Source: Felis catus (lineage: Eukaryota). From it: DNA of 64,000 nucleotides. The stretch covers positions 7,378,001 through 7,442,000 of the forward strand of contig NC_058383.1 in the NCBI RefSeq assembly GCF_018350175.1. Direction: 5' to 3'. This document shows, piece by piece, positions 25,716 through 36,749 of the stretch; position 1 is the first letter of the stretch; each line of letters begins with the position of its first letter. The notes beneath the pieces are model-generated. The model had not been told where the DNA came from. It searched no databases and saw only the letters and a program-made list of their open reading frames with translations. The translations under genes were made by a program, and so were the position numbers.

Positions 25716-26600
25716 TGTGATGGTTCACTTTATGTGTCAACTTGCCTAGGCTATGGTACCCATCGGTTTGGTCAAACATCAGTCTACATGTTGCTGTTGA
25801 AGGAAATTATAGTATGTCACCCCAAAATATGTCTCTGTGACATAAAAATTATTATGAGCTAAAGGTACATAAAACAGCAGGTACAAGAAAGGCACTCTGA
25901 CTCTCCCCCTTTTCTTCTTGGAAACAGATGGTAAGACCCTTAGATGTCCTCCTTGTATCAGAGGGCAAGTAACATTCTTAATTATCAAGGACAGGAAATT
26001 GTGACTAGAGAATTCTGTAAAACAGACATTATTAAAATAATTCTTCTTACCTTCCTTTACTACCCACACACAGTTTAGTTTTCCACAACTGTCTTCCTTT
26101 GTTTCAACCTAGTATAAAAGGTTTTGTCACTTCTTTCAGTCTCTGTTTCCTTATGAAGGCTTCCGAATCATGTTAAAACTTGCATTAAATAAATGTGTAT
26201 ACTTTTCTCCTGTCTTATGTCAATTTAATCATCAGACCCAGCCAAAGACCCTAGGAGGGCAAAGGTAAAAATCTGCCTCCCCTACACTGTGAAAGCATTT
26301 TTTAAGATATGATGAATATTTAATTTTGAACAAAACAGATTAACTGCCACCATGCGGGTGGGCCTTACCCAATCAATTGAAGACGTTATAAGAAAAGATC
26401 AAGCTTTTTCACAAAAGAAGGAATTCTCCAGAATTCCTGTAATAACATAAAACCCCCGAGTTCTAGCCTTGTGTCCTGCAGGTTTCAGACTCAAGGTGCA
26501 ACATCAACTCTTCCTGCTGGCCCACCCTACAGATTTCCTACTTGCCAGTGTGATTTGCTTGAGATTCCTTAAAATAAATCTCTCTCTCTACAGAGAGAAG
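25716..26600. mobile_element. MLT2 LTR interrupted by a MER34-like ERV1 solo LTR (25798-26286)
   Basis: MLT2 start tgtgatggttcactttatgtgtcaacttg; inner element TGAAGG...CTACA with tatgtcaccccaaaatatg; 4-bp TSD CTGT at 25794-25797 and 26287-26290. Confidence 0.75.
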
Positions 26601-27137
26601 GGGAAGGGATTTTAAGAAATAAAATATTTTAAAATATGTTATGTATTATATATAACCATCAACAGACTTCCAAACCCCAACTCTATTCTTCCCGGATCTT
26701 AACCCTGGCACATCCATTCAGCCAGCACTTTTTAAAGACTGCAGGGTAATAGTCATATGCTTTGGGAATAACATGTTGAAAACATCAAAGACCTGACCCC
26801 ATGCTGCTCAGCTTGTAAGTGAGCTAGGCAGGTAAACAAAGAGTAGCAGTGAAGTGTAGTAAGCATTAGACTAGAAATAGGAGCCACTTAGATCCTGGTG
26901 GGATAAAGTATGTGTGTTGGGAGGGGTCCAGTTGGGGGTAAATAAAGGAACATGTGGTTTCCAGGCAGAGAGAGGAAGGTCTGAGATTATTTGGAAACAG
27001 CTGGGTATAAACATTTTACATCTCAGGATTTGTTCCCTCCTTTCCAAAAGAAGAAAGTACCATGGAAACGTACAGAGCAGAATTAAGAGACCATGAGGCC
27101 AAAAAAAAAAAAAAAGTCTCTAAAACCAGAAGGAAGT

Positions 27138-27360
27138 GGGGCGCCTGGGTGGCTCATTCAGTTAAGCATCCAACTTCAGCTCAGGTCATGATTCACAGTT
27201 CGTGAGTTCAAGCCCCACATCAGGTTCTGTGCTGACAGCTTGGAGCCTGGAGCCTGCTTCAGATTCTGTGTCTCCCTCTCTCTCTCTACCCCTCCCCCGC
27301 TCATGCTCTGTCTCTCTCTGTCTCAAAAATAAATAAACATTAAAAAAAATAAGATAATAA
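27138..27360 (+). mobile_element. Can-SINE with TSD taaaaccagaaggaagtg
   Basis: SINEC body with an 18-bp duplicated flank. Confidence 0.9.
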
Positions 27361-28169
27361 TAAAACCAGAAGGAAGTGCTAGAAGTGACTAGGACAATAT
27401 ACCAAAAACAAATTATTCAATTTGCAGGTTAGCAATGTGGTAGGTGCTGAGGTAAACACTGGAATTTCAAAGGTATACCAGGTGCTTATCTTCAAAGAAC
27501 TCAGTCTAAGACAAGCTAGATGAGCACTCACCAGAATATTCTACCCCCAGGTATGGAGATACCCACATGGTTCACTCCCTTGGGCTTCTGCTCAGTTTTC
27601 TCCTCATGAGAGGCCAGTCCTGCCCACCTGGTGTAAAACAGCACACCCATCACCACCCTGACCTTCTCTATCTTCTCACTCAACTTTGTTTTGTAACTTT
27701 TTATTCAAATATATATACATGAAAAGTTCACATATCACAAGTGTACAGCTCACCAATTTTTCACAAACTGAACACACACAGGACACTAACATCCAGACCA
27801 AGAAATACTATTACCAACTACTGGAAGCATCCCTCTTGTCCAATCTCAACCCTTCCCCCATGGATAACTACCCCATCCTGATTTCTACAACATAGATTGC
27901 TTTGCCTGTTTTGGTACTTTACATAAATGAAATCACACAGAATTTACTCTTTTGTGATTCGTTTATTTCACTAGATATCAAAGTTTGTGCAATTCATTTA
28001 TGTTGTTGTGTATGGTTTAGTTCATTCCTTCTCATTGATCAATAGTGCTCCATTATGTGAATGTGACACAATCTACTTCTGTCTTTGGGCAGATATATGC
28101 ACACATTTTCTGTTGGGTATATACCTTGGGGTAAAATTGTGGGGTCATAAGACCTATTTTATTATTTTT

Positions 28170-28395
28170 TTTTTTTATTTTTTACAGTTTATATCTTTAT
28201 TTTGAGAGAGAAGGAGACAACACAAACGGGGAGAGGCAAACAGAGAGGCAGAGAGAGCATCTCAAGTAGGCTCTGTGCTGTCAGCACGGAGCCTCACGTA
28301 GGGCACGATCTCCTGAATGGTCTCAGGTGATCGTGACCTGAGCCAAAACCAAGAGTTGGACACTTAATTGACTGAGGCAAATCAGGTCAGGTGCC
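28170..28395 (-). mobile_element. Older Can-SINE
   Basis: Diverged SINEC body. Confidence 0.75.
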
Positions 28396-28458
28396 GTGAC
28401 CTACTTTATTTTTTTACGATTTTTAAGACTATCAAATCATGTATTAAAAAGTGTGTAT

Positions 28459-28915
28459 GGGGGCACCTGGGTGACTCAGTTGGTTGAGCGGCCAACTTTG
28501 GCTCAGGTCATGATCTTTTTTTTTTTTTTTTTAATTTTTTTTTTTAACGTTTATTTTTTGAGACAGAGAGAGACAGAGCATGAACGGGGGACGGGCAGAG
28601 AGAGAGGGAGACACAGAATCAGAAGCAGGCTCCAGGCTCTGAGCCATCAGCCCAGAGCCTGATGCGGGGCTCGAACTCACGGACCGCGAGATCGTGACCT
28701 GGGCTGAAGTTGGATGCTTAACCGACTGAGCCACCCAGGCGCCCCGACTCAGGTCATGATCTTATGGTTTGCAGGTTCGGGGCCCGGCATCGAGCTCTGT
28801 GCTAACAGCTCAGAGTCTGGAGTCCACTTTGGATTCTGTGTCTTCCTTTCTCTCTGCCCGTCCCCAACTTGTGCTCTGTCTCTCAAAAATAAATAAACAT
28901 TAAAAAATTTTAAAA
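28459..28915. mobile_element. Young minus-strand SINEC nested in an older plus-strand SINEC
   Basis: TSD ctcaggtcatgatctt at 28502-28517 and 28748-28763, within the host SINE body. Confidence 0.9.
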
Positions 28916-29435
28916 AGTGTGTATATATGTACACACACACACACACACACACACACAGGACACAGAAACAGAGACTTAGAACCTAAGAAATAGAATATTA
29001 CCGCCATAGTCCATTCTGGTTGCTATAGAGCTGAATATACAGAACTGGGTGGTTTATAAGCAACAACATTTATTTCTCACAGTTCTAGAGACTAGGAATC
29101 CAAGATCAAGGCACTAGCAGATCCTACAGTCTGGTGGAGGCCTGCTTCCTGCTTCATAGACTGCCATCTGTGCTGTGTGCTCACATAGCAAAAGGGGGGA
29201 GGGGTCTCTGGGGTATATCTTAAAAGGGCATTAATCCCATTCAAGAGGGTACCACTCTCATGACATAAGCACTTCCCAATATCCCTACCTCCAAATATCA
29301 TCAAAATGGGATCAGGGTCAATATATTAATTTGGGGATCAATATATGAATTTGAAACCTTTTGTGTCTCTTTCTATCCCATCCCCTTCTCTATTCCAGAA
29401 GTAACCATTATTCCAGTTTTAAAAATCATTCCCTT

Positions 29436-29670
29436 GAGGGGTGCCTGGGTGGCTCAGTCGATTAAGCATCCGACTTTGGCTCAGGTCATGATCTCATGGT
29501 TCATGGGTTTGAGCCCCACATCAAGCTCTGTGCTAACAGCTCAGAACCTGGAGCCTGCTTCGTGGATTCTGTCTCCCTCCCTCTCTCTATCTGCCCCTTC
29601 CCTGCTCATACTCTATCTCTCTCTCTCAAAAATGAATAAAACATTAAAAACATTTTTTTAAATAAAAATA
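29436..29670 (+). mobile_element. Can-SINE
   Basis: SINEC body; aaaaatcattcccttga on both flanks. Confidence 0.88.
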
Positions 29671-29889
29671 AAAATCATTCCCTTGATCTTTATCATTTTG
29701 AGATAGGTAGCTAGATAATAGATAAATCCCTAAATAATACATTATTTTGTTTTTCATGTTTTTTGAACTGAATGGAAATGGAAGCCTGCTTTATTTTTCC
29801 TCATAGCACTTCTTGATAACTTAACATCTTCTTACTCATTATCTGGCTCACCCTCTCCCTCACAGCTTCTTGAAAACAATACAAAATGT

Positions 29890-30100
29890 CTTTTTAATTT
29901 AATTTTTTAATGTTTATTTATTTTTGAGAGAAAGAGTATGAGCATAGGAGGGGTAGAGAAAGAGGGAGACACAGAATTTGAAGCAGGCTCCATCCAGGCT
30001 TCGAGCTGTCAGCACACAGCCCAAGGTGGGGCTTGAAGCCACAAACTGTGAGATCATGACCTGAGCCGAAGTCGGATGCCTGAGCCACCCAGGCGTCCCC
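29890..30100 (-). mobile_element. Can-SINE
   Basis: SINEC body and tail. Confidence 0.85.
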
Positions 30101-30493
30101 CCAAAATCATTTTTATTCACTGCCGTATCTCCAATTCCAAGAAGAGTGTCTAGTACACAGAAGGTGCTCAATAAACATTGGTTGAATGAAAGAACGAGAA
30201 ACTTTGCTCTCTACATGGGTAGTATGATTTGTGAAAATGAAACAATTCTGATGATGGCTGATGAACATTGCTTTGCGAGGGGCTTCTCTGCATCAAGAAA
30301 AAGGAAAATAGGGAATTTCTGTGGTAAAGTTAAATGTAGCTTTAAAAAATAACAATAAACATAGTTGGCCAGTGGAGTAATAGAAAAGCATCAGATTCAG
30401 TGTCAGCAAACTTGGACTGGAATCTGGCTCTGCCACTTGCCCACTTGGGTGCCTGTGAGCAGGGCTCAACCTCTCTTAAATTTGCACTTCCTA

Positions 30494-30712
30494 GGGGCGC
30501 CTGGGTGGCGCAGTCGGTTAAGCGTCCGACTTCAGCCAGGTCACGATCTCGCGGTTCGTGAGTTCGAGCCCCGCGTCAGGCTCTGGGCTGATGGCTCCGA
30601 GCCTGGAGCCTGTTTCCGATTCTGTGTCTCCCTCTCTCTCTCTCTGCCCCTCCCCCGTTCATGCTCTGTCTCTCTCTGTCCCAAAAATAAATAAACTTTG
30701 GAAAAAAAAAAT
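30494..30712 (+). mobile_element. Young Felis-type SINEC inserted in a MIR
   Basis: Near-consensus; TSD aaatttgcacttcct; flanks are MIR-like (cctcatctgcaaaatagag). Confidence 0.92.
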
Positions 30713-30929
30713 TTGCACTTCCTCATCTGCAAAATAGAGACACTATTACAGGGTGGGTAATGAGAGGGAGAAGTAAGCGTATGGATGAAAATGCCCTGAA
30801 CAGTAAGTTAAAGAAAATGACACTACGAAGTATTGTCAATATCTAAGGCCAAGGGAAGCCTTTGCAAATTAAGCATCTCCACATAACTTTGTCTCTCTAC
30901 ACCCTCCTCCCAATTTAAATTTTGTTATA

Positions 30930-31125
30930 CATATTTTATTTTATTTTATTTTATTTTATTTTATTTTATTTTATTTTATTTTATTTTAGTGAGAGTAGGG
31001 GAGAGGGGTAGAGGGAGAATCTTAAGCAGGCTCCACATTCAGCACAGGGCTCAATTCCACAACCTTGGGATCCTGACCTGAGCTGAAATCAAGGGTTGGA
31101 AATTCAACTGAGCCACTAAGGCTCC
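30930..31125 (-). mobile_element. Can-SINE with (ATTTT)n tail
   Basis: Short SINEC subtype; tail expanded into a pentamer microsatellite. Confidence 0.8.
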
Positions 31126-31262
31126 TCTAAACATACCTCGTTTTAAATAAAATGCATCCATCTTCTCTAATTAACCTTCTCCTCAAGTAACAGTACTTAG
31201 TTTTATTTTATTGAGATGCAATTCACATACTCTAATATTCACCATTTTAAAGTGTACAAATC

Positions 31263-31425
31263 AGGGGCACCCGATCCAGCTCAGATCATGATCTCACAGT
31301 TCATGAGTTTGATCCCCACGTCAGGCTCCGTGCTGACAGCGTGGATCCTGCTTGGGATTCTTTCTCTCTCTCTATGTCCCTCCCCCACTTGCTCACTCTC
31401 TCAAAATAAATAAATATTTTTAAAA
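31263..31425 (+). mobile_element. Can-SINE in a minus-strand L1 3' fragment
   Basis: SINEC body; flanking L1MB-like sequence ~31200-32000. Confidence 0.75.
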
Positions 31426-32429
31426 ATAAAGTGCACAATTCAGTGGTTTTATTACATTCTGACTGCGGAACCACCATCACTCTATCATTCCAGAACATTT
31501 CCATCACCAAGTAGCAGTCATCCTCCCCCCCCCCATTTCTCTCTCCCCTCTGCCCCTGGCAACCTCTAATCTTGTTTCTACGCATTTGCCTCGTCTAGAC
31601 ATTTCGCATAAACAGCAAAATACTCTATGTGGCCTCGTGTATCTGATTGCTTTCACTCAGGGTTCATGTTTCCAAAGTTTATCCATGCTGTAGGATTTAC
31701 CAATACGTCATTCCTTTTTATGGCTGCATGAGAGTCCACTGCATGGATACGCCACATTTTATTTCTCTGTTGTTCAGTTTATGGATATTTGCGTGGTTTC
31801 CATCCTTAGGTTATTAACAGTATTTGTGTGCAAGTTTTTGCGTGGACATGTTTTCAAGTCTCCTAGGTATCCATCTAGGAGTGGAACTGCTCATGGAACT
31901 AACTCTGTATTTGGCTTTTCCAGGAACAGTTGATGGGTTTTCCATAGAAGTGGCATCATTTCACAGCCCCATCAGCAACGCACCGAGGGCGCCAATTCCC
32001 CCTTCTTATCACCAAAAAGTACTTATTTCTAGAATCATCCTTCATTTTACTTCACCAGCACTTTCTCGGTCACATTGGTATTGCGGGCCCAGAAACTATT
32101 TATATTAAAACAAAAACTTTCGATGTGACACTCATGTATTAAAAAGTGACTTCAAAGTACTGTTGCTAATGTTTCCTGGCACATACTAGACAAGACAGCA
32201 CCACGACTGCTTTGCCTGAGGGGAGGAGGCGGGGGACTCGACTCACCATCACACGGTTCCTCACAGAATCCCAGGAGGAAAAGCCGCTTTGGGAACAAAC
32301 CCCTGTCTTAAACAGAGAGCTGCCTGGAGTAGGCATAAAAATAGCATTTGAATAGCTCTTCACTCTGCATTTCACTTTATTCTCTCACTCGCTGTCACAC
32401 TCTCAAGTGCAACCCCAGCTCATGGAAAA

Positions 32430-32810
32430 CGCCGACCCCTCTGCGCGCAGGCGCACACCCTCAGCCCGCCCTCCTCCCTCCGGCCCCGCCCCCACCCACC
32501 GACACGCCCCCCTGTCCTCTAACTCTACGGCTGAGGGGCTGGGAGATGGGTATTTAAGGCGGACCTGCGACCAATCCGCTTGCGTCTTTGGGAAGCGGCG
32601 CTCCTCACTGGCAGATTAAGGCTGATGATGTAGTCATGTTCCAATCCGCGCTTTGGGGGCGGAGCTAAAGTCCGGAGGCGCAAGGCTGGAGGGGACCGCC
32701 TGGAGAAGGCACGTGACCTGGGTCTGGAGCCGGAAGCTACCTATCTGAAAGGGAGCGCCCCCAGCACCTAAGGCTGCGATGGTGAGTGAGAACGCATGCG
32801 CGGGAGTACG
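32430..32810 (+). promoter_or_regulatory. LAMTOR4 CpG-island promoter
   Basis: CpG-rich region with NRF1-like GCGCAGGCGCA (32445-32455), CCAAT boxes (32571, 32641), E-box CACGTGAC (32710-32717) and ETS CCGGAAG (32731-32737), just upstream of the ATG. Confidence 0.8.
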
Positions 32811-35609
32811 CGCCAGGGGTTCCGCATCCCTGTTCCCCAATCTCTTTGGTTGCCCCCTTTTGGGCCTGCACTCAGCCCTTACCTCCTGTCCACCCCGGGA
32901 CGCAGAGAGAATGGAGATGGGAGGGGAGGCGACGTAGAGGGCTGAGGAGGGATCTGTGGGAGGGTGTACGGACGCCGGCGAGTAGTCGGCGGGGGAGGGG
33001 TGGCCCACTAGGAGAATTGGAGATGGGGCGGGCCGATGGGGCTGCTGAGGCCAAGGGAGCCCAGGGTCAGAGGGTGAGGAAGATGGGGACCTCAGGCTCT
33101 GTGTTGGAGGCTCTGTAGAGGGGAGAGGGTCTGGAAGGACCCTGGCTGGGGAAAGGCCTGGGGGGCACTGTTACGAGAGACATGGGTTTGCAAATGAAGG
33201 GCATCAAGGGCCATCCTTGGCATGCTTCTCACCAATTGCAACTTTACCCACTAGACTTCTGCACTGACCCAGGGGCTGGAGAGAATCCCAGACCAGCTCG
33301 GCTACCTGGTTTTGAGTGAAGGCGCAGTGCTGGCGGTGCGTTGTGGGCAAGGGCGGGGGTCCCCCAAGGACACAGGGCCCAGTGATCCCTTTGAACATCG
33401 CCCAGTTTAGCCTAATTTGTCTCCACTCTCACTGTTAGCTATCATGCCTGGCACGTAGTAAGCTTTTGGTAACTAATCAAATAAAATCTCTGGAATCAGT
33501 CTGGGAACTTCTGAGGTAGAAGTTTACTATCTTTTCAGACAACTAGTTATAGGTTTGTTGATAACTGATATTACCCACGTTATTCTCGAATATGTTTTTA
33601 TTTGGTATTTACTCAAGATCCTTTGTATTTTGTTTGTTCCGTAGTACAATACAGTGTTAGCTCTCTAGAAGTTTTTAATCTAGCTGGAGAGACAAGGCTT
33701 AAGGTTAAAAGCTGTTATAACTTACATTATGACAAGGAGACTTTCTTGGAGGAGGTGAGAATTCAGCTGGTCTTAAAAGGATGGATGGTTGTGAACAGGC
33801 AGAAAAGGAGAGTACTCAGGGTAGGAGTGGTAGGTTCGTGTTGAAGAGATTTGGAAAGGTTTGGAAGAAGAGAATATGGTAAGGAAAGATCTGACTGTGG
33901 AGGACTTTCAAGGCTGGATTAGCACATTTATGTTAATCTTGAGGGTGATAGGAGCCTTGAACAGAAACGTGAGCTGATGAAATAGTTAAGCAAGATTTTT
34001 CTATTAGGTGTGAAGATAGACGGGAAAGGGCGAGATTCAGAAGTGGTGAGGGCTGCTTTGAAAATCCAGGTCTGAGATGGGTCTGGTGGCAGTGAAGAGC
34101 AAGGAGAGAAGAAATTTTAAAGGAAGAATCAATATATCTTGGTAATGACTAGAGACGGGTGATAGAGATACTTTTCTGTCTAGTAAGACAGTGAACTCAA
34201 GTCTAGAATGATGGCACCATGGCAGATAGGAAATTAAGAAAGGAAGTTGATTGGGGAGGGGGTGAACTAAGGGGAATTTTGGTGACTTGACTTTAGACAT
34301 TGGTTAGAGACAGAGTAAGAGCAGTTAGTATATACTGCTAGGAGCTGTTCTAAGCATCTCACCAGTGATATCTCAACATAATCCTCACCATGAGCCCATA
34401 AATAGGAACTTGTCCCAATTTACAGATGAGGATACTGAGGTACAGAGTGTCACAGAGAGCAAAGGGCACTGAACTTAATCTAATTGGGAGGCCCATGTTG
34501 AGGACGTTAGGAGAGGAAGTTGAGACAAGCACCAGAAAAGAGGAAGCCTGGGCCGCTGTCACATCATTACCCAAGGGCTAGGTAGTAGGGCGGGCCTCAG
34601 GGACAAAGAGGATGTGTATGTTTCAGATTCTACAGACAGGGCAACCAGAGGAAAGACTGAGGAAAAGACAGAGCCTTGAACCAGTCAGTAGTGGGCGGGC
34701 ACAGATGTTTGAGAATGTGGATTTATCAATAAGTGGGGACACAGGGAGAAATCAAGTTTCAGGGATTAGGAAAAAATGGTCAGTAAAGAAATGAATGAGA
34801 GTCCGTGCTCACTGGGGGAAGGCCCATGTTGTAGGAATGAGAAAGAGGATGGCATCAAGAGGGGCAGAGGAAAATTTCAGGTTTGTTTTTTTCCAAAAAT
34901 GGGGGTATCCTTAGGAGTACCGTAAAGTTGAGAGGTAGAATTACAAGTGCGAGAGCCAAAGTGACTGTTCTTGGAATTCTTTCCCGGTTCTGTTTCCTAA
35001 TTTCTGCCCTCCTTCCTCCATCTGCATGCAGTCATCTGGGGATCTAGAGAATGATGAGCAGGCAGCCAGTGCTATCTCTGAGCTGGTCAGCACGGCCTGT
35101 GGCTTCCGGTTGCACCACAGCACGAACATACCCTTCAAGCGCCTATCGGGTGAGCCTCAGCCCCTGCCCCTAATGGTGGTGATGGGAGGGGGTGGGGGTT
35201 GCTCCCAGAGGCTTCTTTTCTTGGGGAAAAAAAAAATTTGTCTCCTGCCAATCTCTCACCATCTCTCTCTGAGATCCCTGGTTCTGGCCACTTTCTTCCA
35301 TTTGGGATTCACTCCTGCAATCAGGAGAAACCAAGAGAAGGAAGGGGATTTAATGGAGCCCTCCTATCTTCAAATCTCTGAGCCTTGAACTATCACATGC
35401 CTTTGGCTTTTGATCCCACCGGTTTGCGTGACCCTGTAGAGGCCATTGTACCCCACTAACTCTGTGCTCCCTTCCCTCCCCCGGGTGGGGGAAGGTGTGT
35501 CTCCTCTCCAGTGGTCTTTGGAGAACACACGCTGCTGGTGACCGTGTCAGGACAGAGGGTATTTGTGGTGAAGAGGCAGAACCGAGGCCGGGAGCCTGTT
35601 GACGTCTGA
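32779..35609 (+). CDS. LAMTOR4: Ragulator complex protein LAMTOR4, complete, 99 aa, 4 coding exons
   Basis: Exons 32779-32781 (ATG|gtgagt), 33255-33335, 35032-35149 and 35512-35609, all GT-AG and in phase. Spliced product [99 protein letters not shown] matches mammalian LAMTOR4 as I recall it. AATAAA at 35831-35836. Confidence 0.97.
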
Positions 35610-35830
35610 GCCTGCCAGAGGGCAAGGGGCAGAGGTGGATTGGGTCCATGAGCCTCTGTGATGAGGAAGACGCAAACCTCCTCCACCTCTTTCTTGGCTT
35701 GCTGCTAGAACTAAGGCTTTCTGCTCACCCACTGCCCCACCCCTACCTGGAAGGGCAGAGGCTTGGGGACTTTGCACTGTGTCAAGGAGAGTGAGGGCAA
35801 GGGGATCTCCCTCTTCCCTCCCTCCCTCCT

Positions 35831-35836
35831 AATAAA
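35831..35836 (+). terminator. LAMTOR4 polyadenylation signal AATAAA
   Basis: First AATAAA after the stop (222 nt downstream), followed by a GT-rich stretch. Confidence 0.7.
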
Positions 35837-36125
35837 CATGAGTTTGATGCTCCCAGGCCTAGGGATGTGTGTACGATGGGGGGTGAGGGAGGTTACGCCC
35901 TGAGTCAATCTTCCATCTTCTAGGGAGACAGTCGTGTGTTGACACGGGGTGGGGTGGGGGGGCAGCAAGGCACCTGGGCATATAAAACTGGCAGTCGGGA
36001 GAATAGTACGATAGGAAGGGAGCTATTTGTGTGCCTACTGAAGGGAACCGTTCTGAGCCCCTGGGATCTCTGCTCCTGCCACCAACACACAAATGCAGGT
36101 CATTCTTCTCCCTCCTGAACAGGCA

Positions 36126-36131
36126 TTTAAT
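36126..36131 (-). terminator. Probable TRAPPC14 polyadenylation signal ATTAAA
   Basis: TTTAAT on the + strand, ~620 nt past the stop, at the end of a U-rich 3' UTR segment. Confidence 0.5.
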
Positions 36132-36749
36132 AGTCTTATTTCAGTTGGAAGCAGTAGTTGGAGAATAAGTTACAGGAACAGAGAGATTAAAAAAAAAAAA
36201 AAAAGAAGAAACAAAGAAAGAAAAAACCCCCACACAACTTAAAGTGCTTCAGGCCACAAACGTAAACATGAGGGGCAGGAGGAGGCCACCTGGCTATCCC
36301 CCCTCACCCCTGAGACAGGAGGGCCATTGTCAGGGTCCCTTTGCCATCACCACCCTCTAATCTCAGCCCTGCAGGTGGGTGGGAGGGAGGGTGTCAGAGT
36401 CAGGAGAGACAACTTAATAGGAACAAGGAATACACTTTGTAAACTTAGAACCAGGGTACTGGGCGGGAGGGGGGCAAGGGAGCTCTCAGAGCCCTTGCCC
36501 CTGGCCTTGGGGTGGGGCCAGCCCCCCCCAGGGAGCTGGGGAAATACTGTTGGCTTAGTGCTGCAGCCATACCCGCCCATTTCACAGCTTCTTCCCTGTC
36601 CCTCATCAGCAGACACAGACAGGCGGCCCTCTTGGGCCTCCTCATCCATGGTGGGAGGCATCCCAGGGGAGGCACAGTCTGGAGCAAGGGCCCCCTCCAG
36701 GGGGCTTTCGGTTTCTGGGAGCGTAAGAGGGAGGAGAGCCGGCAGGGTG

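Noticed and set aside
352-31585. Dozens of ORFs such as MAQSVKRPTSAQVMISRF... and MGQRETEHERGRGRERGRHRI...
   Set aside because: They are translations of Can-SINE sequence and recur at each copy; they are not genes.
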